Assembly: GCA_051382295.1 (NCBI GenBank)
Contig: JBBCAW010000022.1
Span: 1,074-65,073, forward strand
DNA from: Bdellovibrionota bacterium FG-1
GTDB lineage: Bacteria > Bdellovibrionota > UBA1018
Direction of reading: 5' to 3'
Length of the DNA: 64,000 nucleotides
Below are positions 46,739 through 55,620 of this stretch, in pieces. Positions within the stretch are counted from its first letter, which is position 1, and the number at the start of each line of letters is the position of its first letter. The position numbers were made by a program, and so were the translations under genes. The notes under the pieces are model-generated. The model had not been told where the DNA came from. It saw nothing but the letters and a program-made list of their open reading frames with translations, and made no database searches.

Positions 46739-48592
46739 AATTCCCACGGCCATCTGTGCGGCGGCCTCGGTATAGGAGGTATTCATAGTATCAGCCCCCG
46801 CTCCCGCCAACACTAAAACCCCGAGTGAATCCGCTCGTTCGGTTTTCACAGGAATGGTCCGAGCCGGCAACCCCTTAAAGCAGCCCAATCCCGACTCCAA
46901 GCGCGCCAAATCACCCAACACACCGGGACCCCGGTCCCAGCTTCCGGCACAACGCCATTCAGCGCCCTTTTGACTACAAAACCACAATTCAGCACGCAAG
47001 CCCGCACAGGCCTCACTCACAAAACTACAATATTTTGCCGCAATTTCACCCAAATCCATTCCCGCGCGCCCCATGACTTCAGACACCAACAACGCCAATC
47101 CCAAGGGACTGATGGAGGGCTCAAGAGGCCGTTTTGCATCCACTGCATCCACTGAACTCGCTTCATTCGTCGCGTCGTCGATTGGGGCCGAGGGCGGCGC
47201 AACCGGGGCCGAAACAGATGCCTGAGCTGCCGCCCCAAAATGTCGTAAAGCATTTTTCAACATCGCTGCTTTAGCTCGCACCGAATCACGAGCCAACACC
47301 AACGCCCCATCCTCACGGAGCTCTACCTTGGTCCCCAAAGTATCGCCCTGATTTTCAAACACGAGCAATGGCGCTTGACCAGCAAAACACCAAACACCTT
47401 CCAAAAAGGCAGGCCTAAGTCCAAAATAGGCCCAACGCCCCGATTCTTTGACAAATGTCTTTTCGTGCCCCGGCAACGGCTGCCAAACCCATACTCGTTC
47501 GGCCCCCCGCGATTCATTCGGCCCCAAAGAATCGCGAGACACCCAATGCCCAAACACAGGGCGGGGGCCTTCCATTCTCACTAACCATCGCCCCGAAATT
47601 CGCTGAGGTTTATTTTTCTGGATTGCCCAACAGTCACTCTCTAAGTCGAGCGGGGCCACCCAAACCACCCGAACCTGGGAGAGAGAGGTCGCATTGTCTG
47701 CGAGGTCTTTGGGCAAAACCGGCAATTCTTCGATCACCTTGACGGTTTTTTCGCCATCTGCCGCGACGACCAGACAGCCTCTTTCGGTTAGTCCGAGTTT
47801 CATCGCCAGGATTTGATCTGAATCCATAAAGCTCAGCGCTGGCCTTTCAGAGACAAAATTCCACAACCCCGCTCGATATTCGGGCTTGGAGCCCGAAAAA
47901 ATCCACTCCCCTTGCCCTAAATTCACTTCAGTTTTCCACGCCCATCGATCAGGACTTTGCTGAATCTGACTCCAGCGCCCATTTTCTGGCGCCGGCCCTC
48001 GTAACCGAATACGCCAAACCTTGGACCGCCTGACGGCGCCGCCCCCTGCCAAGGCAAAACAATCCTGCGCGGGCTCCAGCGCATTCAAACGAGGCCCCAG
48101 TCGAATACCCGCCTCGCTATCCCCAAAATCCCCACGCGGCCGCGCAGGCGCCGCCTGCGAGGTAGGCTTGGGCGCTTGCGGCAGCGCCAGAATATGTCGT
48201 TCCACTTTCAGCAGCAAAGCCTTAAACCCGATAGACTCAGCAAGGACCTCAGTCATGCCGGCTCCCGCCAAACGATTCGCTGCTTTTTGAACCTCGGGCG
48301 CAAGGGTCAAAATAAGGCGCGCTTCTTTGCTTTTTATTTTGGTTCCTAATGTCTTTAATAACGTCAAATGTTGTGAAACATCCGCCATATTTCGGGCATA
48401 AAGCACCACGACGCAACCGCGCAACTGGCGCGCAATCGCAAGCGCGTCCATCGCCGAAACGCACTCAATCACCTGATTAAGCGGATTCTCCCGCAATTTT
48501 ATACAAAGCGCCGGAAAGCTTCCGGCGAACGGTTCGACCACCAGGATCGCATTCAAGGCAGGATTAAGGATAATGTCTGCTGACTTCGGCAT
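46718..48592 (-). CDS. Hypothetical signalling-type protein: receiver-like N-terminus, internally duplicated ~110-aa domain, GAF-like C-terminus
   Basis: 624-aa ORF. The duplication at aa ~169-280 vs ~312-436 is seen by eye (DC[FW]A..., W.[IV]R[LM].GP.P..G.W, G.W...G..P....G.W.F). Confidence 0.55.
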   Translation of the reverse strand: MPKSADIILNPALNAILVVEPFAGSFPALCIKLRENPLNQVIECVSAMDALAIARQLRGCVVVLYARNMADVSQHLTLLKTLGTKIKSKEARLILTLAPEVQKAANRLAGAGMTEVLAESIGFKALLLKVERHILALPQAPKPTSQAAPARPRGDFGDSEAGIRLGPRLNALEPAQDCFALAGGGAVRRSKVWRIRLRGPAPENGRWSQIQQSPDRWAWKTEVNLGQGEWIFSGSKPEYRAGLWNFVSERPALSFMDSDQILAMKLGLTERGCLVVAADGEKTVKVIEELPVLPKDLADNATSLSQVRVVWVAPLDLESDCWAIQKNKPQRISGRWLVRMEGPRPVFGHWVSRDSLGPNESRGAERVWVWQPLPGHEKTFVKESGRWAYFGLRPAFLEGVWCFAGQAPLLVFENQGDTLGTKVELREDGALVLARDSVRAKAAMLKNALRHFGAAAQASVSAPVAPPSAPIDDATNEASSVDAVDAKRPLEPSISPLGLALLVSEVMGRAGMDLGEIAAKYCSFVSEACAGLRAELWFCSQKGAEWRCAGSWDRGPGVLGDLARLESGLGCFKGLPARTIPVKTERADSLGVLVLAGAGADTMNTSYTEAAAQMAVGILAGVAS

Positions 48593-48634
48593 ATGTCAGC
48601 TTACTTTTCGGAGGTTTTGCAGGATGCCTTTAAG

Positions 48635-50071
48635 TTAATTCAGATCCCTTTTCCAAACATTCTGAAAGGCTTCGATCAGTTTTTCGCCATTCAGACCGAA
48701 ATCAGCGTAACTTTTGAAGTTTTCGTATTCATAGCCAATCCGTCCGCCAATTCCAGAGGTTTGCACCTCTTGAGTAATATCGCCGGCGTTCATTTTAGCG
48801 CGAACAAAAGCCACGCCTCCCGCTTTCTTATCCTCAAAACCAAGCCGTTGAGGAGGAGAGAGCTCAAGGGATTGAAAAATTGTATTCGAATTAAAATAGG
48901 CATTTCCGACGCCCAGCTCTTGAGGAATCGCGGACATTTCATGAAGCTCTAAACTGGTTTTTCCGTTTCGCGCCACGAGAAAAGGACTGCCCCCTTTGTA
49001 TCCCGGTTTTTCTGGCACGACAATCACACTGACAGGAGTTTTGGCCTGAGTATGCGCGCCCATCCCGATCGCTAAATCCGTATTGACCTCAATGTTCTCA
49101 AAAACCCAGGTTTTTTTGCCCATCTGCTGGAGTTGCGCCGTACGGCCCGAACGATCCAAATAAGCCTTCGCCATTCCCGCGCCCTCGCCAATCAGCGGGG
49201 TCTTGAGTAAAGGTTGGCCGGTAACCGGATCAAAAGCATGAAAACCGGCTTGATAACCAAACAGGTGAGTCTCGCCTTTGGCTTCAGATTGCTCGAAATA
49301 GGCGCGAATAGCGGCCTTGATCTTTTGATCCACCCCAGGATCGGGAGCAAATTTCTTTTTCTGATAACCCGCCTTGAATTCGGCCAAATACTCGCGAATG
49401 GGCCCATGGGTTTGCTCGCTGGTCCAAATATCAAAAGGAATGTAGGTATGGGCCTTTTGCGATTGGGTGGCGACCGTCGCGAACTTGAGATCAAGTGGAT
49501 TTAAGGCCCGAGGATCGGCCATTGCTTTCTTGAGCAAGACTCGCAAATTTTCACGACTTGCCGCTAAATCAGCCGCCACCGTGGATGTATTGAGTAAATC
49601 CACACTCCGACTGACGAGATCGAACTCTGCGGACGAAAGCAGCGCCTTGAGGTTGTAAGGAATTAACGCTTTAACTTGGCCCCCACCCCGCGTCCAAAGC
49701 CCGGCCCCACTCGTAAAATAGGCAAGCTCCGACAAATGTTTTTGCCCCAGCGCCACTAACCGCCCCAGCTCAGCTTCACTCAGGGTGTTCATGTCCACCG
49801 CGAGGTCTTTGAAAGTGACTCTAGAAATTTTACCTTGAATGGCCTTCACTTGCCCGTGAGTGCGATAAGCTTCAACAATCGCCTTGAATTGCTCTGGCTC
49901 AGCCTCGACAAAATGACCCGTCTGACCATAGGCGACTGAAGGCTGGTGGAGGCTTGTGACCAACTCAGCCAAGCAGGGCTTGTTTTGCGCGTAACTATTG
50001 ACGGTCTGACACAGCCCCGCCAGAATCGATAACGCAACAATCTGCGACCGAAACCGAAGATAAAAGAGCAT
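48635..50071 (-). CDS. UDPGP-family (UTP--glucose-1-phosphate uridylyltransferase-like) nucleotidyltransferase with N-terminal signal peptide
   Basis: VFENIEVNTDLAIG, KGGSPFLVARNGKTSLELHEMSAIPQE and YFNSNTIF are colinear with the PF01704 motifs NIDNLGA, KGGTL..DGK..LLE..QVP.E and FNTNNLW. Preferred start is ATG at 50071. Confidence 0.55.
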   Translation of the reverse strand: MLFYLRFRSQIVALSILAGLCQTVNSYAQNKPCLAELVTSLHQPSVAYGQTGHFVEAEPEQFKAIVEAYRTHGQVKAIQGKISRVTFKDLAVDMNTLSEAELGRLVALGQKHLSELAYFTSGAGLWTRGGGQVKALIPYNLKALLSSAEFDLVSRSVDLLNTSTVAADLAASRENLRVLLKKAMADPRALNPLDLKFATVATQSQKAHTYIPFDIWTSEQTHGPIREYLAEFKAGYQKKKFAPDPGVDQKIKAAIRAYFEQSEAKGETHLFGYQAGFHAFDPVTGQPLLKTPLIGEGAGMAKAYLDRSGRTAQLQQMGKKTWVFENIEVNTDLAIGMGAHTQAKTPVSVIVVPEKPGYKGGSPFLVARNGKTSLELHEMSAIPQELGVGNAYFNSNTIFQSLELSPPQRLGFEDKKAGGVAFVRAKMNAGDITQEVQTSGIGGRIGYEYENFKSYADFGLNGEKLIEAFQNVWKRDLN

Positions 50072-50201
50072 CGCTTGACCTATCGTCGCGGGGACGGCCA
50101 AGCTTGAGGCCTCATGTCACAGCCGTTCTTCACGGCCGTCTTAGATTCCCCCACCCAAACCTATTGTTTTTCCCCCCTCCGACGACTAATCTCATTTTCT
50201 T

Positions 50202-51146
50202 ATGATGGGATCCCTCCCGGTATTGCCGGTGGAGCTGCCAACAGAAATAACCACTCCCCGTTGGCGTCATTGGATTGCCGCCGCCATTTTGGCGCTGCTC
50301 TTCCACGTCGCGCTATTGGGGTGGCACCTTCCGGATTTTCTGATCCCCCCCGCAACCCATCCCCGCGTTGACATTAAAACAGTCGATCCCCGCAAGCTGG
50401 AGGCGATTCGCCGCCAGTGGAAAGAGCGTGAAAAACAGCTTCTGATCAATAAAAACCCCGCCACCCCTTCGGCCGCCGAACCCCCAGCCGACGCGCGATA
50501 CATGTCAGATCGAAATATTCGCGTCGAAAAAGAACAGCGGGCCCGCCAGACCACTATCATTCCAAAGTCAGGAATCCCGGGCGAATCCTCACCCCCTCAA
50601 CCCGCGCCGCAACCCAAAACCGCGAATCACCCTCTCCCCGCACTGGGCAATCTGGGCATCCCACTCCCTCGCGCCATGAGACAAGCGCCACCCACCCAGC
50701 CCCCAACCCACTCAGGTCAAGAGGGCGGCGACCAGGCCATCAGTGATCGCGATCTTCCAGAGGGCAGTGAAAATCTCCTCAATGCGCAGGAGTCGGTTTA
50801 TTACTCATTTTACTCCCGTCTTTACGAGGCAATCGGACCCATTTGGCAAAGAGCGGTGAGACAAGCCTCAAGAACACGAAGACTCCAGCAGGGCGAATAC
50901 AGCACCCAACTCGATGTGGTTTTTGATCGAGAGGGCAATCTGGTCGCCATTCACCAGCTTCGAAGCTCGGGGGTCGCGGACTTTGATAAATCGGCATCGA
51001 CGTCATGGCATGCCGTGGGAAGGTTTCCGAATCCCCCGACTGGCCTGCTCAACGAAAACGGTGAAGTCCACACCGGCTGGACCTTCACGGTACAAGTCAA
51101 TCAGGGCCTCAACCTGGATTACCTACCGCCCGAACGAGTGTACTAG
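50202..51146 (+). CDS. TonB-like energy-transducer family protein
   Basis: N-terminal TM helix, Pro-rich spacer and a C-terminal ~90-aa domain with a TonB-C-like pattern (VVFDREGNLV...GWTFTVQV). Confidence 0.55.
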   Translation: MMGSLPVLPVELPTEITTPRWRHWIAAAILALLFHVALLGWHLPDFLIPPATHPRVDIKTVDPRKLEAIRRQWKEREKQLLINKNPATPSAAEPPADARYMSDRNIRVEKEQRARQTTIIPKSGIPGESSPPQPAPQPKTANHPLPALGNLGIPLPRAMRQAPPTQPPTHSGQEGGDQAISDRDLPEGSENLLNAQESVYYSFYSRLYEAIGPIWQRAVRQASRTRRLQQGEYSTQLDVVFDREGNLVAIHQLRSSGVADFDKSASTSWHAVGRFPNPPTGLLNENGEVHTGWTFTVQVNQGLNLDYLPPERVY

Positions 51147-51908
51147 CGCCCCGATCACCATGAGAGCCAGCAAGAACATGGCCCAGCGGATATTTCTTCT
51201 TTGACCAAAGACCGCCAGGGATTCTGAAAAACTGCGCTCCGCCGGAGTCTTGAGCCAAACACCATTTTGGCAAATTTTTTCAAGCTGCGTCAACACCGCA
51301 TCCCCATCCGTCGACGAACTCAGATGAGGCAACTTACTTTCAATCGCGTAATAAACTTCCCGACATCGCCCCAAGGCCTGACGACAGGAGTCACAAGCCA
51401 TGAGATGGTTCTGCAAAAACACTCGCTCACGGCCGGATTCCATCTCTTCGTCTAAAAAACGTTGAGTCCAGGGATGCCGAGTTTCGTATTCAGGACATCG
51501 CGTTCCACGCGCGGGAGCCCCTGATGGATAACTCAGACTCGAATCCGAGGTCACCCAATTCATCCGGGCCTTCCAAGCCATTTCTTCAATTTGCTCACGG
51601 CTCCTATTGAAAATACGACCCAGGCGCGCATACGACCAACACCCCAGATGAAGCGCAACGAGCAAAAAACGATCCTCCGCACCGAGTCGAAAAAAAGATT
51701 GCCCCACCCCGGCAAATGACGCCGAATTTCCCTGCTGAGCGACGCGGATCAATAGCGCCGAGGCGGCGCGCTCCAGCGCCCGATCTGGAGTTAAATCCAG
51801 TAATGACACGGCACTCAAGGTTTCAATAGCGGCCACTTGAGATTCATGAGGATCAGCCCAAAGAGCCTGACTCACTTCAGCAAAAATTTTGAGATCATGA
51901 AGGTTCAT
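51123..51908 (-). CDS. Sigma-70 region-4-like domain fused to a zinc-binding anti-sigma (HxxxCxxC) motif and a C-terminal TM helix
   Basis: LGAEDRFLLVALHLGCWSYARLGRIFNRSREQIEEMAWKAR (region-4-like HTH), HLMACDSC (ZAS motif) and C-terminal WAMFLLALMVIGALV. Confidence 0.5.
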   Translation of the reverse strand: MNLHDLKIFAEVSQALWADPHESQVAAIETLSAVSLLDLTPDRALERAASALLIRVAQQGNSASFAGVGQSFFRLGAEDRFLLVALHLGCWSYARLGRIFNRSREQIEEMAWKARMNWVTSDSSLSYPSGAPARGTRCPEYETRHPWTQRFLDEEMESGRERVFLQNHLMACDSCRQALGRCREVYYAIESKLPHLSSSTDGDAVLTQLEKICQNGVWLKTPAERSFSESLAVFGQRRNIRWAMFLLALMVIGALVHSFGR

Positions 51909-52005
51909 ACTGACAGATCCTTGACAGGTTCCTAAAAATCCGAGAGCTTAACGTCTCGGATGTAGTTCAGTTTAACATACGAACTGCTTTTGGGGGGAAT
52001 TCATC

Positions 52006-53328
52006 ATGATCGGACTACGGGCTCGCCGCGAGCTGCGGCTCGGCTGTGCTATTGTCGTCAATTTTTTAACTCTTTTGTTTATTTCTTTCCCGTTTGACCC
52101 CGCCCAGGCTCAAACCCCTTTTGCCAATCCGAACCAATGGGCCGCAGAGATGCGCTCGAAGGCTAGTCTCATTCTGGAACCCACTCGCGAAAGCGCCAAA
52201 ACGCAGGACGGCTTAGAGCTTGCCTTCAAGCATTTTCCAAGGCCCGGTGCGCAACCGGTTTTACTGATTCATGGCCTCGCTCAAAACGATCGTTGCTGGG
52301 ACTCAACTCTCCGACAATACAGCTTTGCTCGCTTTCTCCACGCTCAAGGATTTGATGTTTGGCTAGGTAACCTTCGCGGAGCGGGCACCCCTGGGTTTCG
52401 AAGTCAGACCCCGGATGGCCCCCATCATTGGACCATCGACGACTACGCCATTTACGATCTTCCCGCGCTCGTCGATACGGTTCGCGCTAAAACTGGCCAA
52501 GCCCCGTTTGTGATTGGCCATAGCCTTGCGGCCTGGGCCATCGAAGGCTACTTGGCGGGAATCACCTACGACCGCACCGACGATGGCGCGAGAAGAGTCA
52601 TTCCGCATCCCCAAGCAGGGCTGGATCGTCAACACTCGCTACGAGGCGTGGCAACGATCGCAGGTGTCTACAACATGAGGTGGGAGCATTCGATCGCTCA
52701 AGCAACGACAGACCCCATCCGCAATGCTTTGGATTATTACCATTCAGATTATGAGCTTGAGCTATTAGCCAAAATTAAACCCTTGTTTCGGATTATCCCC
52801 AGCCTTTGGGCCCTCCCGCTGAACTGGGTTAATACGGCAATCAATTTGCCACTGGGTCAAATCCCCTGGATTGGTTCGCGATTGACCGAGCTTTATCTCG
52901 GCCTTCAAATGGAACTCATTCAAACTCCGATTTTAAACCTGTTTTATTTTTCGCCTGAGGTTGATCCTGAGCTCGTTCGACTTCACGCCAAAGATGGTCT
53001 CGAAGACTTAGGACCTCACGTCATCGAACAATTGGCTAACGCCATTAAAGATCAAAAGATCTTGAGTTATTACCATCTTCAACCCACCGAAGAGACCTAC
53101 GACTATAACCAAATTCAAAAGCATATCGATTTGCCCATGCTTTTTGTCGGGGGTGGCCGAGATCGACTGGCCAGCGCTCTTGAAGTTTACGAGGATGGTT
53201 ACCTCAAGACTAACGCTCGCGATAAACAATATATCTACGCCGACACTTTCGGGCACATGGACATCCTGAGCGGAATTCACGCCCCGCAAGAAGTGATGAT
53301 GCCGGTGGCGGAGTGGCTGAAAAAGTAG
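52006..53328 (+). CDS. Secreted alpha/beta-hydrolase (lipase/esterase-like)
   Basis: Signal peptide, HGLAQN oxyanion region, nucleophile elbow GHSLA and C-terminal GHMD. Confidence 0.75.
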   Translation: MIGLRARRELRLGCAIVVNFLTLLFISFPFDPAQAQTPFANPNQWAAEMRSKASLILEPTRESAKTQDGLELAFKHFPRPGAQPVLLIHGLAQNDRCWDSTLRQYSFARFLHAQGFDVWLGNLRGAGTPGFRSQTPDGPHHWTIDDYAIYDLPALVDTVRAKTGQAPFVIGHSLAAWAIEGYLAGITYDRTDDGARRVIPHPQAGLDRQHSLRGVATIAGVYNMRWEHSIAQATTDPIRNALDYYHSDYELELLAKIKPLFRIIPSLWALPLNWVNTAINLPLGQIPWIGSRLTELYLGLQMELIQTPILNLFYFSPEVDPELVRLHAKDGLEDLGPHVIEQLANAIKDQKILSYYHLQPTEETYDYNQIQKHIDLPMLFVGGGRDRLASALEVYEDGYLKTNARDKQYIYADTFGHMDILSGIHAPQEVMMPVAEWLKK

Positions 53329-53357
53329 TCCGTACCTTTTGGTTCAGACCTGCGTCA
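53327..53357. repeat. 31-bp repeat, copy X (AGTCCGTACCTTTTGGTTCAGACCTGCGTCA)
   Basis: 28 of 31 identical to 36740-36770. Spans both convergent stop codons (TAG 53326-53328 and TGA, complement of 53355-53357). Confidence 0.85.
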
Positions 53358-53726
53358 TTCACCCTTCTGAAAGGTTCTGATTCCAGCGATCAGATGAACG
53401 AGTAAAAAGAGTTGCTGGTTAAACGAAGAATCCAGTCCTTCCATCATATTGATCGAAGTCCCCCACCCCTGGAGTAAGGATGCACGAGGATGCAGCGTCA
53501 AAAGATCCAAATTAAGAGAAGACCCATGGGCATCGCGCACCACAATTTCGGCATCAGGCTCGGCCTCCAAAATCCCCTCGATGACGGCATTTGTATCGTG
53601 AGTCATATAGGTCTGGCCCAGAGAATAACTCTTCGCCCCGCGTGAGGCATGGCTATCGCAACTCACGCCGGTAATTCCTTCAATATCCACTGAGATAAAA
53701 TACCGATTTTTGCCTGAATTTTTCAT
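53355..53726 (-). pseudogene. Truncated M55 (DppA-type D-aminopeptidase) gene fragment
   Basis: RYFISVDIEGITGV...VVRDAHGSSLNL matches only the N-terminal ~110 aa of M55 peptidases, which are normally ~270 aa. The reading frame ends inside repeat X. Confidence 0.55.
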
Positions 53727-53883
53727 AGTCCGAGCACGATCCCACATTGGAGACGCTTGTTCAACTTCTTGACTCAGAAGCCCCCCCATGATTCATCATT
53801 TTCATGCAAAAAATGACACTCCTCTGGATTTGCCTGGCTACCTGGGCCATCTCGACCGCCGCACCTGCTGCCACCGGCTCAAC

Positions 53884-54630
53884 ATGAAGAGCGTCATCAT
53901 TACTGGCGCAAGCGATGGAATTGGCCGAGGCATGGCACTGGCATTCGCCAAACGCGGCTACAAACTGGGGCTCATCGCGCGAAGAGAATCGCGGCTCAAG
54001 GAAGTTGCTGAACTCTGCCTAAAAGCGGGCGCCCCACAGGCTGAATACTCGGCGGTGGACATTACGCAATCTGATCCCTTTCGTGCCGCACTTGAAGCAC
54101 TGGATAAACGGCTCAGCGGCACGGACATCTTTATCGCCAATGCTGGATTTGGAGATTCCGCAGCACCCTCCGAAGACGGCGGCCCCCTCGCGCGCCGAAT
54201 GGTAGACCTCAACGTCGCCGCGGCTTTTGATGGCATCGAATGGATGAAGGCAAAAATGGTTACCCAAAAGCATGGCCAAATCGTGGGCATTTCAAGCGTT
54301 GCCGGAATCCGGGGTCTTCCAGGTTCAGCGATTTACAGCGCAACCAAAGCGGCGTTGCGAATTTACCTCGAAGCCCTGCGAATCGAGACCGCCAGCTCTG
54401 GCCTCCTGATCACCACGATCGAACCCGGGTTTATTGCAACTGCGGCAAATCTCAAAAGCGGCCAAACCATGCCGTTTTTAATGAGCGTGGATCGGGCTTC
54501 GGAGATCTTCGTGCGAGGGATTCTGGCCTCCAAAAGAAGAATCATCGCCCCCTGGCCCTACAAAGGAGTGGTCTGGCTCTTGAGCTATCTTCCTTCGAGG
54601 GTTTACGCGCTGGCCCGGTTTTTTATCTGA
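53884..54630 (+). CDS. Short-chain dehydrogenase/reductase (SDR)
   Basis: TGASDGIGRG cofactor motif, NAG and catalytic YSATKAAL. ATG at 53884 is preferred over the longer ORF from 53788. Confidence 0.9.
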   Translation: MKSVIITGASDGIGRGMALAFAKRGYKLGLIARRESRLKEVAELCLKAGAPQAEYSAVDITQSDPFRAALEALDKRLSGTDIFIANAGFGDSAAPSEDGGPLARRMVDLNVAAAFDGIEWMKAKMVTQKHGQIVGISSVAGIRGLPGSAIYSATKAALRIYLEALRIETASSGLLITTIEPGFIATAANLKSGQTMPFLMSVDRASEIFVRGILASKRRIIAPWPYKGVVWLLSYLPSRVYALARFFI

Positions 54631-54812
54631 GCCTTTGAAGCAAAGATCCTCCCCCTACACCTGAAACCCTTCCCGCTGAACTGTCTACCCATTAGACACC
54701 TGCCTCCCCTCTCACCATCCTCGACACCGACAAACCCACAAGTCCACCTCAAACTACCGCAATAACCCGATGTTTTCAAACACATATCACGACTTAACTC
54801 ATAGTGTCATTA

Positions 54813-54828
54813 TGGCCCCATCCTTGCA
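54813..54828 (+). promoter_or_regulatory. Sigma-54 (-24/-12) promoter candidate
   Basis: TGGCCCcatccTTGCA with exact spacing. The -12 GC lies only 14 nt before the ATG at 54841. Confidence 0.55.
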
Positions 54829-54840
54829 TTATCTCTCCGT

Positions 54841-55491
54841 ATGCGCCCCTACATTCGGCACCTAAAACCCGCCCTCTTCTTAGCCCTCTGTTGGGCGACC
54901 CTAGGCTGTGGCACTTATTCCAACACCAAGGCCGCCTCAGCGATCACCTCATCAGGAGGTGCAGGAGTCGCCACCGGTACCGACACCACGACCTCGTCCC
55001 CAACTACAACCGGTGCGACCACCACGGCAGTCCGAAATACCGGTGTTCCCCCTTATTCATTTCCGATCTCCGGCACGGGCTACGATTCGCACACCATTAG
55101 CGTCAGCGCTGGCAAAATTTTGAAAGTCACGTTTAGCCCTGGCACGCAAGATCGCAACCAATCGGGCACGGGCTACACCTGGAATTACACCGTTTTGGGC
55201 GTTTTTATCAGCGTTGGCAGCTCCACCAAGCCCACGCCCCCACTGGCCAATGGTTATACGGCAGGCCAAGCGCAACGGTCTGACCCGATGGATTTTTCAG
55301 GCTCCATTCACTCCACTTGCACCAACTCCGACACCAAATGCCGCCAGCAAGTGACGATCACTATTCAAAAGCCCAATAACGACGACCAATGCTTCAACTT
55401 TGGTGTGGGCTGCCCCTATAACCATGTACCCGATGGACATCCCTGGAACGGCACCCTCTTAGTGGAAACCGATGACACCAATTCTCTATGA
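54841..55491 (+). CDS. Lipoprotein, unknown family (paralog of 55621..56325)
   Basis: Lipobox ATLGC, a Thr-rich linker, and shared motifs with the next gene (LKV..T.G, GTGYT, DFSG, QVTI, GCP). Confidence 0.6.
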   Translation: MRPYIRHLKPALFLALCWATLGCGTYSNTKAASAITSSGGAGVATGTDTTTSSPTTTGATTTAVRNTGVPPYSFPISGTGYDSHTISVSAGKILKVTFSPGTQDRNQSGTGYTWNYTVLGVFISVGSSTKPTPPLANGYTAGQAQRSDPMDFSGSIHSTCTNSDTKCRQQVTITIQKPNNDDQCFNFGVGCPYNHVPDGHPWNGTLLVETDDTNSL

Positions 55492-55578
55492 ATAAACTTT
55501 AGACAGTTGACTAGCTCAATGGACCCGATCCAAGCCGATGAAACGAAGAATACACTGAAATTATTGAAGAAAGCAAAA

Positions 55579-55594
55579 TGGCCCCAGCGTTGCA
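55579..55594 (+). promoter_or_regulatory. Sigma-54 (-24/-12) promoter candidate
   Basis: TGGCCCcagcgTTGCA with exact spacing, 27-39 nt upstream of the candidate starts. Confidence 0.6.
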
Positions 55595-55620
55595 AAGATA
55601 AAGAATAAGAGAAAGAGGAA

